Shown one piece after another: positions 38,521 to 47,553 of a stretch of 47,553 nt of DNA. The stretch's first letter is position 1; each line of letters starts with the position of its first letter. Under the pieces are notes generated by a model. It did no database searches. It was not told the origin of the DNA and saw only the letters and a program-made list of their open reading frames with translations. The position numbers and the translations under genes are program-made. Source of the stretch: Terrimicrobiaceae bacterium (GTDB taxonomy: Bacteria > Verrucomicrobiota > Verrucomicrobiia > Chthoniobacterales > Terrimicrobiaceae). The DNA lies in assembly GCA_044342325.1 (NCBI GenBank), contig JBIIPZ010000026.1, positions 1-47,553 on the forward strand, read 5' to 3'.

Positions 38521-39618
38521 ATGCCATACATCGACCAGTTTTTCCAGGTTCTCATCGACAGCGGCGCCTCGGACCTCCATCTCGCCGAGGGTCAATCGCC
38601 CAAAGTCCGCCGCCATGGCGAGATCGTGCCCATCCGCGAGGAGGCCCTTACCACCGAGGAGATGAGCTACATGCTCAGCGAAATCTGCTCGCCCGAGCGC
38701 TGGCAGCGCTTCGAGGAACACGGTGACCTCGATTTCGCCTACGAGATGAACGAGGAGAACCGTTTTCGCTGCAATTATCTCAAGCAGGCCCACGGTTACG
38801 GAGCTGTCTTTCGCATCATTCCTACAAAAATCAAAACCCTAGAAGACCTGCGCGTGCCGGAGATCATCAAATCCTTCGGCCACATGCGCGGCGGTATCGT
38901 GCTGGTGACAGGACCGACAGGCTCCGGAAAGAGCACGACGCTCGCGGCCCTCATCGACTACATCAATGCCAACTTCTCCCGCCACATCGTGACGATCGAG
39001 GAGCCGATCGAGTTCGTTCACCGCAACAAGAAAAGCATCATCACGCAGCGCGAAGTTCCCGAACACGCGGAATCCTTCCCAGCTGGCTTGAAAGCAGCTC
39101 TCCGTGAGGATGCGGACATCGTGCTCGTCGGTGAAATGCGCGACTTGGAAACGATATCCCTCGCACTCACCGCTGCCGAAACCGGTCTCCTTGTCTTCGG
39201 AACACTCCACACCAACAACGCCCGCAAAACGGTGGACCGCATGATCGATGTGTTTCCAAGCGACCAGCAGGCGCAGGTGCGCACCATGCTCGCAGCTTCA
39301 CTGCGAGGCGTCATCGCCCAGCTCCTCATGAAAAAACAGGACGGCTCCGGTCGCGTCGCCGTGAACGAAATCCTCGTGGTCAACAATGCCGTCTCCGCCA
39401 TCGTCCGCGAAGGCGCAACCCAGAAATTGCAAGATGTCATCGTCGCCGGCAAAAGCCAAGGTATGCAATTCATGGACGACGCTATCTGGGAACAACTGCT
39501 CGGCGGTGTCGTCTCGCCCCACGAGGCCTACATGAAAGCCATCGACAAAGCCCGCTTCCAACCCTTCCTCCCCCCCGAAGAAGCCGGCCTCGCCAACGCC
39601 GCCGGCGGCGGAGCGTAG
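38521..39618 (+). CDS. PilT/PilU-family ATPase, copy 2
   Basis: ASDLHL, TGPTGSGKSTT, EEPIE, LREDADIVLVGEMRD and GTLHT motifs. Confidence 0.9.
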   Translation: MPYIDQFFQVLIDSGASDLHLAEGQSPKVRRHGEIVPIREEALTTEEMSYMLSEICSPERWQRFEEHGDLDFAYEMNEENRFRCNYLKQAHGYGAVFRIIPTKIKTLEDLRVPEIIKSFGHMRGGIVLVTGPTGSGKSTTLAALIDYINANFSRHIVTIEEPIEFVHRNKKSIITQREVPEHAESFPAGLKAALREDADIVLVGEMRDLETISLALTAAETGLLVFGTLHTNNARKTVDRMIDVFPSDQQAQVRTMLAASLRGVIAQLLMKKQDGSGRVAVNEILVVNNAVSAIVREGATQKLQDVIVAGKSQGMQFMDDAIWEQLLGGVVSPHEAYMKAIDKARFQPFLPPEEAGLANAAGGGA

Positions 39619-39660
39619 TGCCAAGCCGTGCTTGGCTTCTGGCGAGCGGGTGCTTGGTGG

Positions 39661-39698
39661 ATCGGTCGGATTAGTCGGATCAGACTGATCCGCCCGAT
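39661..39698. repeat. 9-mer-periodic palindrome between the convergent pilT-family gene and alaS
   Basis: ATCGGTCGG-ATTAGTCGG-ATCAGACTG-ATCCGCCCG-AT; the 16-nt arms are 14/16 complementary. Confidence 0.65.
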
Positions 39699-39699
39699 C

Positions 39700-42408
39700 T
39701 CAACATGCTGCCAGCATGCTTTTCGCTGCAGCCAGAGCCTCTGGGATTTTTGCGGTGTCTTTGCCTCCGCCTCGGGCCATGTCGGGTTTGCCGCCGCCTT
39801 TTCCTCCGACGATCGGGGCGATGGTTTGGATGATTTTGCCGGCTTGGATTTTTGAGCTGAATGCCGGGCTGACGCTGGCGGCGAGGGAGACGGCGTTGTT
39901 GGCGGAGCCTGCGAGCACGGTGACGCCTTCGAAGGTGGATTTGAGGGCTTCGAGCACGGCTTGGAGGTGGTCGCCATCCACCGCACCGAGGTTGGCGGAG
40001 AGGAAGGGGATTCCGCCGAGGGTTTCGGCTTTTGCGGCGAGGTCTTTGGCCTGTGCGGCGGCTTCTTTGGAGCGCGCGGCTTTGAGGGCTTTTTCGAGTT
40101 CCTTTTGATTGGCGAGGAGGGCCTCGATTTTCTTTTCGATCTCGGCGGCGGGTGCGTTCAGGAGACCTGCTATCTCATGCAGGCGCTGGGCTTCGCTTTT
40201 CGTGAGCGCGGCGGCTTCAAGACCGGCGACGGCTTCGATGCGGCGCACTCCAGCGGCGATGGCGGACTCGGCCAGGATGCGGAAGAGGCCGATCTCACCG
40301 GTGGCTCGGGTGTGGGTGCCGGCGCAGAGTTCCATCGAGTAGGCGTCGAGTTTTCCTGTGCCTCCGATTTGGACGACGCGCACGGTATCTCCGTATTTGT
40401 CGCCGAAGAATTGCATGATATCCGCGCGGCCACGCACTTCAGTGTATGGGACCTCGGTCCAGGATACGCTGGCATTTTCCAGGATGCGTTCGTTCACCAG
40501 TTTCTCAATGTCGCGCACTTGCTGCGGGGTCAGGGCGGCGCTGTTGAAGTCGAATGTGAGTTTTTCGGGTGAAACGGCAGAGCCTTTTTGTGTGGCCTCG
40601 GGGGAGACGACTTCGTGCAGTGCCCAGTGCAGGAGGTGGGTCACGGTGTGGTGGCGCTGGATCGCCGCACGGCGTGTGGTGTTGACCGAGATCTGGACTT
40701 CGTCACCGACACTCGGGGCGTCGGCGGAATCGAGTAGGTGGAGCCAGGTGTTGCCGGTTTTTTGCGTGTTTGTGACGCGCCAGAGTTGGCCGCTGCCTGT
40801 GATTTCAGCCGTGTCGCCGACTTGTCCGCCCATCTCGGCATAGCAGGGAGTGCGCTCGAGAATCACTGCGGTGCGGTCTTTGATGGTCAGAACCTCGAGC
40901 ACGCGGGCCGTGTCTGTGAGGGAGTCGTAGCCTGTGAAAACCGTGGGTGTGGTGGTTTCGATTTCGGAAAGCGTGATGACCTGTTTCTTCTGGGCCGCAC
41001 GGGCCCGCGCGCGCTGGGCTTCCATAAGGGTGTTGAATCCCTGGGTGTCTACCGTGAGACCGCGTTCGCGCGCCATAAGTTCAGTTAGGTCGAGAGGGAA
41101 GCCCTGCTCGTCGTAGAGCTTGAATGCGAAAGCACCGGTGATGTTTCCCTTTGCGGCGGCCTCGTTGAAAAGCTCGATTCCCCGATCGAGGGTTTTGTTG
41201 AAGGATTCCTCTTCGACTTTCAGAACATCCTCGATGTGTTTCTGCTTGGCGCGGATTTCGGGGAAGACATCGCCCATCGTGCGGGCGAGGACATCGACGA
41301 GTTTGTGGAAAAATGGCGCGCGGAAGCCGAGTGAGCGACCGTAGCGGACGGCGCGGCGCAGGATGCGGCGGAGCACATAGTTCCGGTCGGTGTTGCCAGG
41401 TTGAATGCCGTCGCCGATGGCAAATGTGAGGGTGCGGATGTGGTCGGCAATGACGCGGAAGGCGACATCGGTTTTTTCCTGCTCGGTATCGCCAGTGGAG
41501 CCGCTGACAGGCAGCGTGGAGCCGTAGGTCTTGCCGCTGAGTTTTTCGAGTTCGTCGAAGATCGGGCGGAAAATGTCGGTCTCGTAGTTTGAGATGCGGG
41601 CATTGGCGAAATCGGTCAGGTTTTTTGTGCCTTGGATGATCGAAGTCACGCGTTCGAAGCCCATGCCAGTATCGACATGCCGGGCGGGGAGGGGAGAGAA
41701 GGTGCCGTCCGGGTTCGCGTTGAACTGGATAAAAACCAGATTCCAAATCTCGATGCAGTCTGCAGAGCCTTTGTTGACGAGCGCGCCGCCTGTGTCGCCA
41801 GCGGGCGTGAGATCGACATGCAGCTCCGAGCAGGGGCCGCAGGGGCCGGTTTCGCCCATCATCCAGAAGTTGTCCTTCTTGTTGCCGTTCACGATATGGA
41901 CGGCTGGATCGAGGCCTGCTGCGCGGAATTTTTCCGCCCAGATTTCCCAGGCCTCCTCGTCGCGCGAGGCGGGGTCGCCGGGCTCGGGATTGTAGATCGT
42001 GGCGTAGAGGCGGGCGGGCGGGAATTTCCAGCGGCCGATGACGAGTTCCCATGCCCAGTCGATCGCCTCTTTTTTGAAATAATCCCCGAACGACCAGTTG
42101 CCCAGCATCTCGAACATCGTGTGGTGGTAGGTGTCGAGGCCGACATCATCGAGGTCGTTGTGCTTTCCGCCGGCTCGGATGCATTTCTGCGTATCGGCGG
42201 CGCGGAGGTCGGAACCGGGCAGCGCGCCAGCCCACTTCGAGACATCAGGCGCCTTCTGGCCGAGGAAAAATGGGACGAACTGGTTCATGCCGGCATTCGT
42301 GAAGAGCAGGTTCGGCGAATCGGGCATGAGGCTCGAGGATGGAACGATTGTGTGTTGCTTCTCGCGGAAAAAATCGAGGAACGACTGGCGGATTTGAGCG
42401 GATGTCAT
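39700..42408 (-). CDS. alaS: Alanine--tRNA ligase
   Basis: LLFTNAGMNQF, CIRAGGKHND, EMLGNWSFGDYFK, editing HHTVTH/ELCAGTH and GGKGGG motifs. Start at MTSAQIRQ. Confidence 0.97.
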   Translation of the reverse strand: MTSAQIRQSFLDFFREKQHTIVPSSSLMPDSPNLLFTNAGMNQFVPFFLGQKAPDVSKWAGALPGSDLRAADTQKCIRAGGKHNDLDDVGLDTYHHTMFEMLGNWSFGDYFKKEAIDWAWELVIGRWKFPPARLYATIYNPEPGDPASRDEEAWEIWAEKFRAAGLDPAVHIVNGNKKDNFWMMGETGPCGPCSELHVDLTPAGDTGGALVNKGSADCIEIWNLVFIQFNANPDGTFSPLPARHVDTGMGFERVTSIIQGTKNLTDFANARISNYETDIFRPIFDELEKLSGKTYGSTLPVSGSTGDTEQEKTDVAFRVIADHIRTLTFAIGDGIQPGNTDRNYVLRRILRRAVRYGRSLGFRAPFFHKLVDVLARTMGDVFPEIRAKQKHIEDVLKVEEESFNKTLDRGIELFNEAAAKGNITGAFAFKLYDEQGFPLDLTELMARERGLTVDTQGFNTLMEAQRARARAAQKKQVITLSEIETTTPTVFTGYDSLTDTARVLEVLTIKDRTAVILERTPCYAEMGGQVGDTAEITGSGQLWRVTNTQKTGNTWLHLLDSADAPSVGDEVQISVNTTRRAAIQRHHTVTHLLHWALHEVVSPEATQKGSAVSPEKLTFDFNSAALTPQQVRDIEKLVNERILENASVSWTEVPYTEVRGRADIMQFFGDKYGDTVRVVQIGGTGKLDAYSMELCAGTHTRATGEIGLFRILAESAIAAGVRRIEAVAGLEAAALTKSEAQRLHEIAGLLNAPAAEIEKKIEALLANQKELEKALKAARSKEAAAQAKDLAAKAETLGGIPFLSANLGAVDGDHLQAVLEALKSTFEGVTVLAGSANNAVSLAASVSPAFSSKIQAGKIIQTIAPIVGGKGGGKPDMARGGGKDTAKIPEALAAAKSMLAAC

Positions 42409-42464
42409 TGTTGAAAAATTGGTCGCGGTAGGAAACCCGAGTCCGGCGGGGTTGGCAATCGTGT

Positions 42465-43412
42465 TCAGGTGGGAGTTGGTCCGCTGCCTGCTGCGGCGAG
42501 GACTTCGGCGGCTGTTTTGAAATGCATCTTGGCGTGGCCTTCGAGCGCTTCGGGGCCTTTGGATTGAATGAGGGCAATGGCGGCCTGCTTCACCTGCGCC
42601 GATACGCCACGTGGCAATGCCATGCCAGATTCGCGGCCTTTTTCTTCCAGCCAATCGATAAACTTCTCGCGCGCCAGGATAGACGCTGCCGCAACGGCAT
42701 AGTCCGATTCGGCCTTGGTGCGCTGGTCGAGTTGGATTTTACGACCCTTTTCCATCAACGATCGCTCAAGCACGCGCACATCGGCGAATTTGTCGGAAAG
42801 CGCCCGGGGGCAGTCGGGACATAGACCGCACAGATCCTCGATCACGCGTGCATGGCCCCATGCGAGGAGGCGGTTCAGGTTTCCGATTTTGCGGTAGAGG
42901 TCGTTGTAGCGCGGCGGGGCCACAGTCACGATGCTGGCTGGAACGCGAATCTTGCGGATGGCTGCCGCCAGCTCGCGGATGCGTTTGTCGCTGCTGATGG
43001 CCTTGCTGTCTTGAACGCCGACGTCGCGGAGTTTGCGGGCGATTTCGGGATTCACATAAACGCCGGCGATGACGAGCGGTCCGAAAAGGTCTCCCTTGCC
43101 GCTTTCGTCGATGCCGAAGTGCGGTTCGAACAGTTCGGGATTCTGTTCCTCTTCCTGCCCAAATGACGCCTCGCCCAGAACGCGTGGCTCGAGGGTGAAG
43201 AGAATAAAATCCTCGATGCCTTTCCCCTGAATGACGGCCTTCGGGCCTTTTTCATACACCGCGATGGTGAGCTTCGGCCCGCGCGCGAAGTAAAGCATGT
43301 AAGGCCGCTCTTCGAACTCGTATCCCTCGCCTGCCAGAATTCCCCGCAGGGTTTGTGCCTGCTCGGTTGTGAGCGGCGCCGTGTGGGTATTCAGAGGTTT
43401 TGCGGAAGACAT
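42465..43412 (-). CDS. rnhC: Ribonuclease HIII
   Basis: N-terminal TBP-like domain (IAVYEKGPKAVIQGK); GIDESGKGDLFGP, DSK, KAES and AAASILAR motifs. Confidence 0.93.
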   Translation of the reverse strand: MSSAKPLNTHTAPLTTEQAQTLRGILAGEGYEFEERPYMLYFARGPKLTIAVYEKGPKAVIQGKGIEDFILFTLEPRVLGEASFGQEEEQNPELFEPHFGIDESGKGDLFGPLVIAGVYVNPEIARKLRDVGVQDSKAISSDKRIRELAAAIRKIRVPASIVTVAPPRYNDLYRKIGNLNRLLAWGHARVIEDLCGLCPDCPRALSDKFADVRVLERSLMEKGRKIQLDQRTKAESDYAVAAASILAREKFIDWLEEKGRESGMALPRGVSAQVKQAAIALIQSKGPEALEGHAKMHFKTAAEVLAAAGSGPTPT

Positions 43413-43449
43413 CCGCGTGTTTTGTGCGTAATCCATCTGGCGTGTCGAG

Positions 43450-44457
43450 ATGTTAAAAAATACTGCAGCTGATTTCAATAAGGCGCTCCAGAAATGGTTC
43501 CGCGCCCATGGGCGTGTCCTGCCATGGCGGTCGAATCCATCGCCGTATGCCGTTCTTGTTTCCGAATTCATGCTCCAGCAAACGACTGTCGCCGCCGTTC
43601 AGCCGTATTTTCAGCGATGGATGAAACGATTTCCCGATGTGGCATCCCTCGCCGCCGCGCCTGAGGAGGATGTCATGAAGCACTGGGAGGGCCTTGGCTA
43701 CTACTCCCGCGCGCGCAATCTCCACCGTGCGGCGAAGGCTATTCTCGCGCAGTTCGGTAGCAGCGTTCTCGGCGACCTCGCTCACCTGCGCGCGTTGCCT
43801 GGAGTCGGGCCCTACACGGCTTCTGCCATTATGGCTTTCGCATTCGACCAACCGGTGCCGGTATTGGACGCCAATATCCAGCGCGTCGTCGCCCGGCTTT
43901 TTGATTTCAGGGAAAACATCGCCACAGCTGCGGGGAAGAAATTTCTCGAACAAGCAGCAGCCTCCCTTCTTCCGAAAAAAGGCGGACGCCTTCACGCCTC
44001 CGCCCTTATGGATCTGGGTGCAACGCTCTGCCGCGCGGGTGAACCCGATTGCGCCGCCTGCCCGGTTAAAGTTTTTTGCAGAGCCACGAATCCCTCCCTG
44101 CTCCCCATGAAGCCCGCCAAAAAAGCCATTACCCACCTTGAGGACTGGCGCGCCGTGAGCATGCGTCGTGACGAAATTTTTCTCATCCAATCCCCCGGCC
44201 CTACCTGGAAGGGGCTGTGGTTGCTTCCGCCTTGTAAACCCTCGGAGCAATCCATTGCCTCCCTAGGCTATGCGATTACCCGCTACAAAGTGAATCTCCA
44301 CCTTGTCCAGGCGGAGCCACTGAACGAGTGGCAGGCATTTCCACTTAAAAATCTTCCTCCTATTCCAAGCCCTCACCGCCGGGCGATTTCGGCTGTTCTG
44401 TTGCAAAAAAACAATTTGAAACTCGGGAGAGCATCTGTCACTGCTCCTCCCCCATGA
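43450..44457 (+). CDS. mutY: A/G-specific adenine glycosylase
   Basis: VSEFMLQQT, WEGLGYYSRARNL and LPGVGPYTA motifs; Fe-S motif C-x6-C-x2-C-x5-C. Confidence 0.94.
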   Translation: MLKNTAADFNKALQKWFRAHGRVLPWRSNPSPYAVLVSEFMLQQTTVAAVQPYFQRWMKRFPDVASLAAAPEEDVMKHWEGLGYYSRARNLHRAAKAILAQFGSSVLGDLAHLRALPGVGPYTASAIMAFAFDQPVPVLDANIQRVVARLFDFRENIATAAGKKFLEQAAASLLPKKGGRLHASALMDLGATLCRAGEPDCAACPVKVFCRATNPSLLPMKPAKKAITHLEDWRAVSMRRDEIFLIQSPGPTWKGLWLLPPCKPSEQSIASLGYAITRYKVNLHLVQAEPLNEWQAFPLKNLPPIPSPHRRAISAVLLQKNNLKLGRASVTAPPP

Positions 44458-45908
44458 AAAAATTCCTCCTCTCCCTGCTTCTTATGTCAGGACTCAGCCC
44501 CATTGTTTCGGCTCAGGATTCCGGTGATGTTCCCGGGACTCCGCTCGGCTACGACTCCGCTGATCAGATGTTCGGCTACTCCCGTTTCTGGTCTTACTAC
44601 AATCCCTATCCCTCGAATTTCATCGGCTCCAGCGAGTGGTTCGACGGCAATGCCCTGACTGGCGACTGGTGGGGCGTCCGCAATTGGCTTGATGACAGCG
44701 GCGTGGAACTCTCCGCCAGCTACACAAACAACATCGCTGGCAATCCCGTCGGCGGCATGACCCAGAGCTTCGCCTACGCCGACAACTTCAGCTTCGGCAT
44801 GCAGCTCGACTTCGAGAAGCTCATCAAATGGCACGGCCTTACTCTCACCGTGAGCGCCCTCGATCGGAATGGCAGCAATCTCTCCGCGCGCAACATCGGC
44901 AACCAGTTCACCGTCCAGCAGGTCTATGGCACCGAGACGGCCGTTTTTTACGGTCTCGTTCTCGAGCAGCGCCTCCTCGAAGATAAACTCGGTATCAAGC
45001 TCGGCCGCTTTTCCACGGGTGATGACTTCGCCTCCTCGCCACTCTACTGGCTCTATATGAACAATGGTATCGACGGCAACCCACAGGCCCTGCCTGTTAA
45101 TACGGCTTTCTCCTCTTACCCTGCTTCAGTCTGGGCTGCCCGCCTGCGTGTTGATCCTTCGCCTGATTGGTTCGCCATGGGTGGCGTTTACCAAGCCACC
45201 CAACTTAATCTCTATCAGGACCGAGGTTTCGACTGGAGCATGAACAACTCCGATGGCGTGCTGATGATCGGTCAAGTGGGTTGGACTCCCGAGTTCTGCA
45301 AGCGACCTGTCGCCGCTTCCAAGCCATCCGATGGAAAATCCGTCGCCTCCGGAAAAACCCTTGCCGAAGGCAAGACCGTGCGGCCTGTTTCGAAGGACTC
45401 CGATATGCAGGGCCTTCTCGGTCACTACTGGTTCGGTGCCTACTATTCGCCTTGGCAGTTCGCGCAGTTCGGTTCCACCGAGACGGCTTCGAATTCCTAC
45501 GGCTTCTACTGGCACGCCGACCAGATGGTCTGGCAGGAGGAAGCCGGCAGCGATCAGGGCCTCACCTTGTGGTCGGCCTTCGTCCTCTCGCCGCAGCAGA
45601 ACATCTCCAAACTTCCGTTCCAAGTGAACTCCGGCATCGTTTACAAAGGCCTCGCTCCCACGCGTGACAATGACATCACCATGCTCGGCTTCGTTTATGG
45701 AAATTTCAGCGACGACTACGCGGACACCGTGGCTGCGACAGGCGCGGGCACGCCTTCCTACGAGATCGCACTCGAAGCCGGCTATCGCTTCCAGATCACC
45801 AAGTTCGCCTATGTGCAGCCCAACGTTCAGTGGATCATCAATCCCGGCGGCACAGGAAACATCCCGAACGCCCTCGTGTTGGGCGCTCAGATGAATGTGA
45901 CATTCTAA
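44454..45908 (+). CDS. Carbohydrate-selective porin, OprB family
   Basis: Signal peptide; LTGDWWGVR, NPVGG and QPNVQWIINPGG motifs; terminal Phe. Confidence 0.9.
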   Translation: MKKFLLSLLLMSGLSPIVSAQDSGDVPGTPLGYDSADQMFGYSRFWSYYNPYPSNFIGSSEWFDGNALTGDWWGVRNWLDDSGVELSASYTNNIAGNPVGGMTQSFAYADNFSFGMQLDFEKLIKWHGLTLTVSALDRNGSNLSARNIGNQFTVQQVYGTETAVFYGLVLEQRLLEDKLGIKLGRFSTGDDFASSPLYWLYMNNGIDGNPQALPVNTAFSSYPASVWAARLRVDPSPDWFAMGGVYQATQLNLYQDRGFDWSMNNSDGVLMIGQVGWTPEFCKRPVAASKPSDGKSVASGKTLAEGKTVRPVSKDSDMQGLLGHYWFGAYYSPWQFAQFGSTETASNSYGFYWHADQMVWQEEAGSDQGLTLWSAFVLSPQQNISKLPFQVNSGIVYKGLAPTRDNDITMLGFVYGNFSDDYADTVAATGAGTPSYEIALEAGYRFQITKFAYVQPNVQWIINPGGTGNIPNALVLGAQMNVTF

Positions 45909-45911
45909 AAA

Positions 45912-46649
45912 ATGGCGCGACGGCGACAGGCTCTGCTACTCGGTCTTGCAGGGCTTGTTGCGTTGGCGCCTCACATTCGTTCGGACGAGGCCAAGCCCGA
46001 CTCCGCCGTCCTCATCGAATGGCTCTTGCAGGACGGGCGCGATTTGAAAGGCATTCCCTTCAGCGAGGTCCTTGCAGCCACCACGGGTAAAAACATCCTG
46101 CCCGTGGACCCGGAGGCCGTCTGGCTCAAGCGCCTCGCCGCCGTGCTCGACCGCACCCTCGCTGCGATGAACGACCCCACGCACCCGATCCACAGCGTCG
46201 GTCGCATCAATGAAGCCAGCCGTTTTATCGAGGACCAGTTGATGGCTGAATGCAACAAAGAGCCCGGCTGGTCGTGCGGCATACCGCGCACTTCGGCCGG
46301 CGAGGAGCAACGCAGCGGCTACCCCGACCTCCGGCTCGTTCTGGAGGATCAGAGCGTGGTTTACCTCGACCCGAAACTCTTCGCGCGAGGCTCGAAGACC
46401 AGCACCCTCCGCACCTTCTACTACGAGCCGAAATCCGCCACCAGCAAGGTCCAAGACGACGCTCGGCATCTGCTTGTCGGCGTCCAGCACAACGGCGGCG
46501 AGGGAGGTCAAATCCGCTTCGAGGAGTGGGACCTCGTGGATGTCTCAAAAATCAAAGTCCAGCTGAAAGCCGAATTCCAAGCCTCTAACAAGGACCTGTA
46601 TCGCGGCGACACCATTTTGTTAAAAAGCCAACCTTCAAAATCACCATGA
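45912..46649 (+). CDS. Exported hypothetical protein with PD-(D/E)XK-like motif
   Basis: N-terminal RRR plus hydrophobic signal; NEASRFIE...GYPDL...YLDPK. Confidence 0.7.
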   Translation: MARRRQALLLGLAGLVALAPHIRSDEAKPDSAVLIEWLLQDGRDLKGIPFSEVLAATTGKNILPVDPEAVWLKRLAAVLDRTLAAMNDPTHPIHSVGRINEASRFIEDQLMAECNKEPGWSCGIPRTSAGEEQRSGYPDLRLVLEDQSVVYLDPKLFARGSKTSTLRTFYYEPKSATSKVQDDARHLLVGVQHNGGEGGQIRFEEWDLVDVSKIKVQLKAEFQASNKDLYRGDTILLKSQPSKSP

Positions 46650-47278
46650 ACAAACTCGCCACCATTTCCTGTCCCGCCATTCTTGAGAAAGATCTGCCGC
46701 AAGCCGAAGCGATGCCCGAAAACCTCGCCCTCTCCGCTCCCGTTCTCATGCAGCAAGGCTGGCTCGATGCTCCCGAGCCGGATTTCCTGCCGGCGGAAAT
46801 CCGTGTGGGATGGACGCCCTCCCGTCTTATCGTTTTCGCTGAAATTCCCGACCGCGACATTTTTACCCAAGCTACCGGTCCGAATCAGAAAATGTGGGAG
46901 CTCGGCGATGTGTTCGAGATCTTCCTCAAACCGGAAGACCGCACCGACTATGTCGAGCTGCATGTCACCCCGCCGAATTTCCGCCTGCAATATCAGATCG
47001 AAGCGCCAGGCAAGCCCGCCACCGAGCTCTCCGACGGTGTTTTTTCAAGCCGTGTGAAAATCGACACTGCCAACCAAAAATGGACGGTCTATGCAGAAGT
47101 CCCCGCCACACTCGTGAGCGGGCGAGACCAAATCGCATCCGGCGAGTCCTGGCTCTTCTCCTTCAGCCGCTACGACGCCTCGCGCGACGGCCGACCTCCC
47201 ATTCTCTCCTCCACATCCCCACACCAAGCCTTAAACTTCCACCGCCTCCACGAGTGGGGAAAAATCACCTTCTGCTAA
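46646..47278 (+). CDS. CBM9/DOMON-like carbohydrate-binding family protein
   Basis: WELGDVFEIFL, YVELHVTP, WLFSFSRYD and FH motifs. Confidence 0.75.
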   Translation: MNKLATISCPAILEKDLPQAEAMPENLALSAPVLMQQGWLDAPEPDFLPAEIRVGWTPSRLIVFAEIPDRDIFTQATGPNQKMWELGDVFEIFLKPEDRTDYVELHVTPPNFRLQYQIEAPGKPATELSDGVFSSRVKIDTANQKWTVYAEVPATLVSGRDQIASGESWLFSFSRYDASRDGRPPILSSTSPHQALNFHRLHEWGKITFC

Positions 47279-47309
47279 CCCCCGCGCGTCAGCGCGTTCG
47301 TTTCCTCAA

Positions 47310-47421
47310 GTAGGGATGGCGCGCCGTCGCCGTCCGACTTGCGCGGCGCCAGCCGCCTTTGCATCCAGCAACGGCGTCTTCGCGCCTGAAACTTGGGACC
47401 CCGACGGCGCGGCGTCCCTAC
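47310..47421. repeat. GTAG-type REP doublet (REPIN/BIME-like)
   Basis: GTAGGGATGGCGCGCCGTCG (47310-47329) and an inverted copy ending ...GGCGTCCCTAC (47402-47421) match 18/20. Each half has its own internal hairpin. Confidence 0.8.
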
Positions 47422-47427
47422 CAAAAT

Positions 47428-47553
47428 TCAGACATCCTGACCTCTCGGGAAAACGGATGACCTGATTGGGCGGTAGACGAGGCGGAGGGTGGTGCCGGGA
47501 TAGCAGATTTCTGTGGCGTTGAGTTCGGTGCATAGGGCTTCGAGGGTGGCGTC
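47428..47553 (-). CDS. 3' end of a CDS entering from beyond the window; product unknown
   Basis: Open frame DATLEALCTELNATEICYPGTTLRLVYRPIRSSVFPRGQDV* ending at TGA 47428-47430. Confidence 0.5.
   Translation of the reverse strand, partial: DATLEALCTELNATEICYPGTTLRLVYRPIRSSVFPRGQDV

Noticed and set aside
42409..42654. Long N-terminal extensions in the ORF track (alaS to 42654, nadK to 31408, rnhC to 43571, tatC to 6007, membrane protein to 2337)
   Set aside because: They overlap neighbouring genes and precede the family-typical N-termini; downstream starts fit better.

Overview
A gene-dense, GC-rich bacterial chromosomal segment, most likely from Verrucomicrobiota. That assignment is inferred from the RNase HIII, the AlaS and flagellin sequence style and a DGK-repeat loop in the porin. 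It is mostly housekeeping: secD(F) (partial), yajC, glgX, tRNA-Leu(TAA), tatC, argH, Fur, nadA, a DEAD-box helicase, a HAD hydrolase, tmRNA, a P1B-4 ATPase, DUF4159, cls, a hybrid kinase, a PlcP/LpxH-like phosphoesterase, a nuclease-fused DinG/XPD helicase, fumC, a nitroreductase, an epimerase, an FGE-family protein, PTS IIA, NAD kinase, uvrB, rpoN, flagellin, a 5'-3' exonuclease, a NIL protein, two PilT-family ATPases, alaS, rnhC, mutY, an OprB porin and a CBM9-like protein. I found no CRISPR array, integrase or transposase. The most unusual signals are these. (1) A candidate dual-coding locus at 23363-23983, where a 76-aa ORF is fully nested in a different frame of a Doc/Fic-like + SH3/KOW-like ORF; the two ATGs are 4 nt apart (ATGAATG), suggesting a candidate overprinted toxin-antitoxin module. 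(2) A hairpin cassette plus a decayed GIY-YIG gene attached to the tmRNA 3' end. (3) Two head-to-head sigma54 sites and a sigma28 site between the divergent rpoN and fliC genes. (4) Several families of small intergenic repeats. (5) An apparently exported PD-(D/E)XK nuclease-like protein. All functional calls come from motif recognition by eye; no database searches were run.
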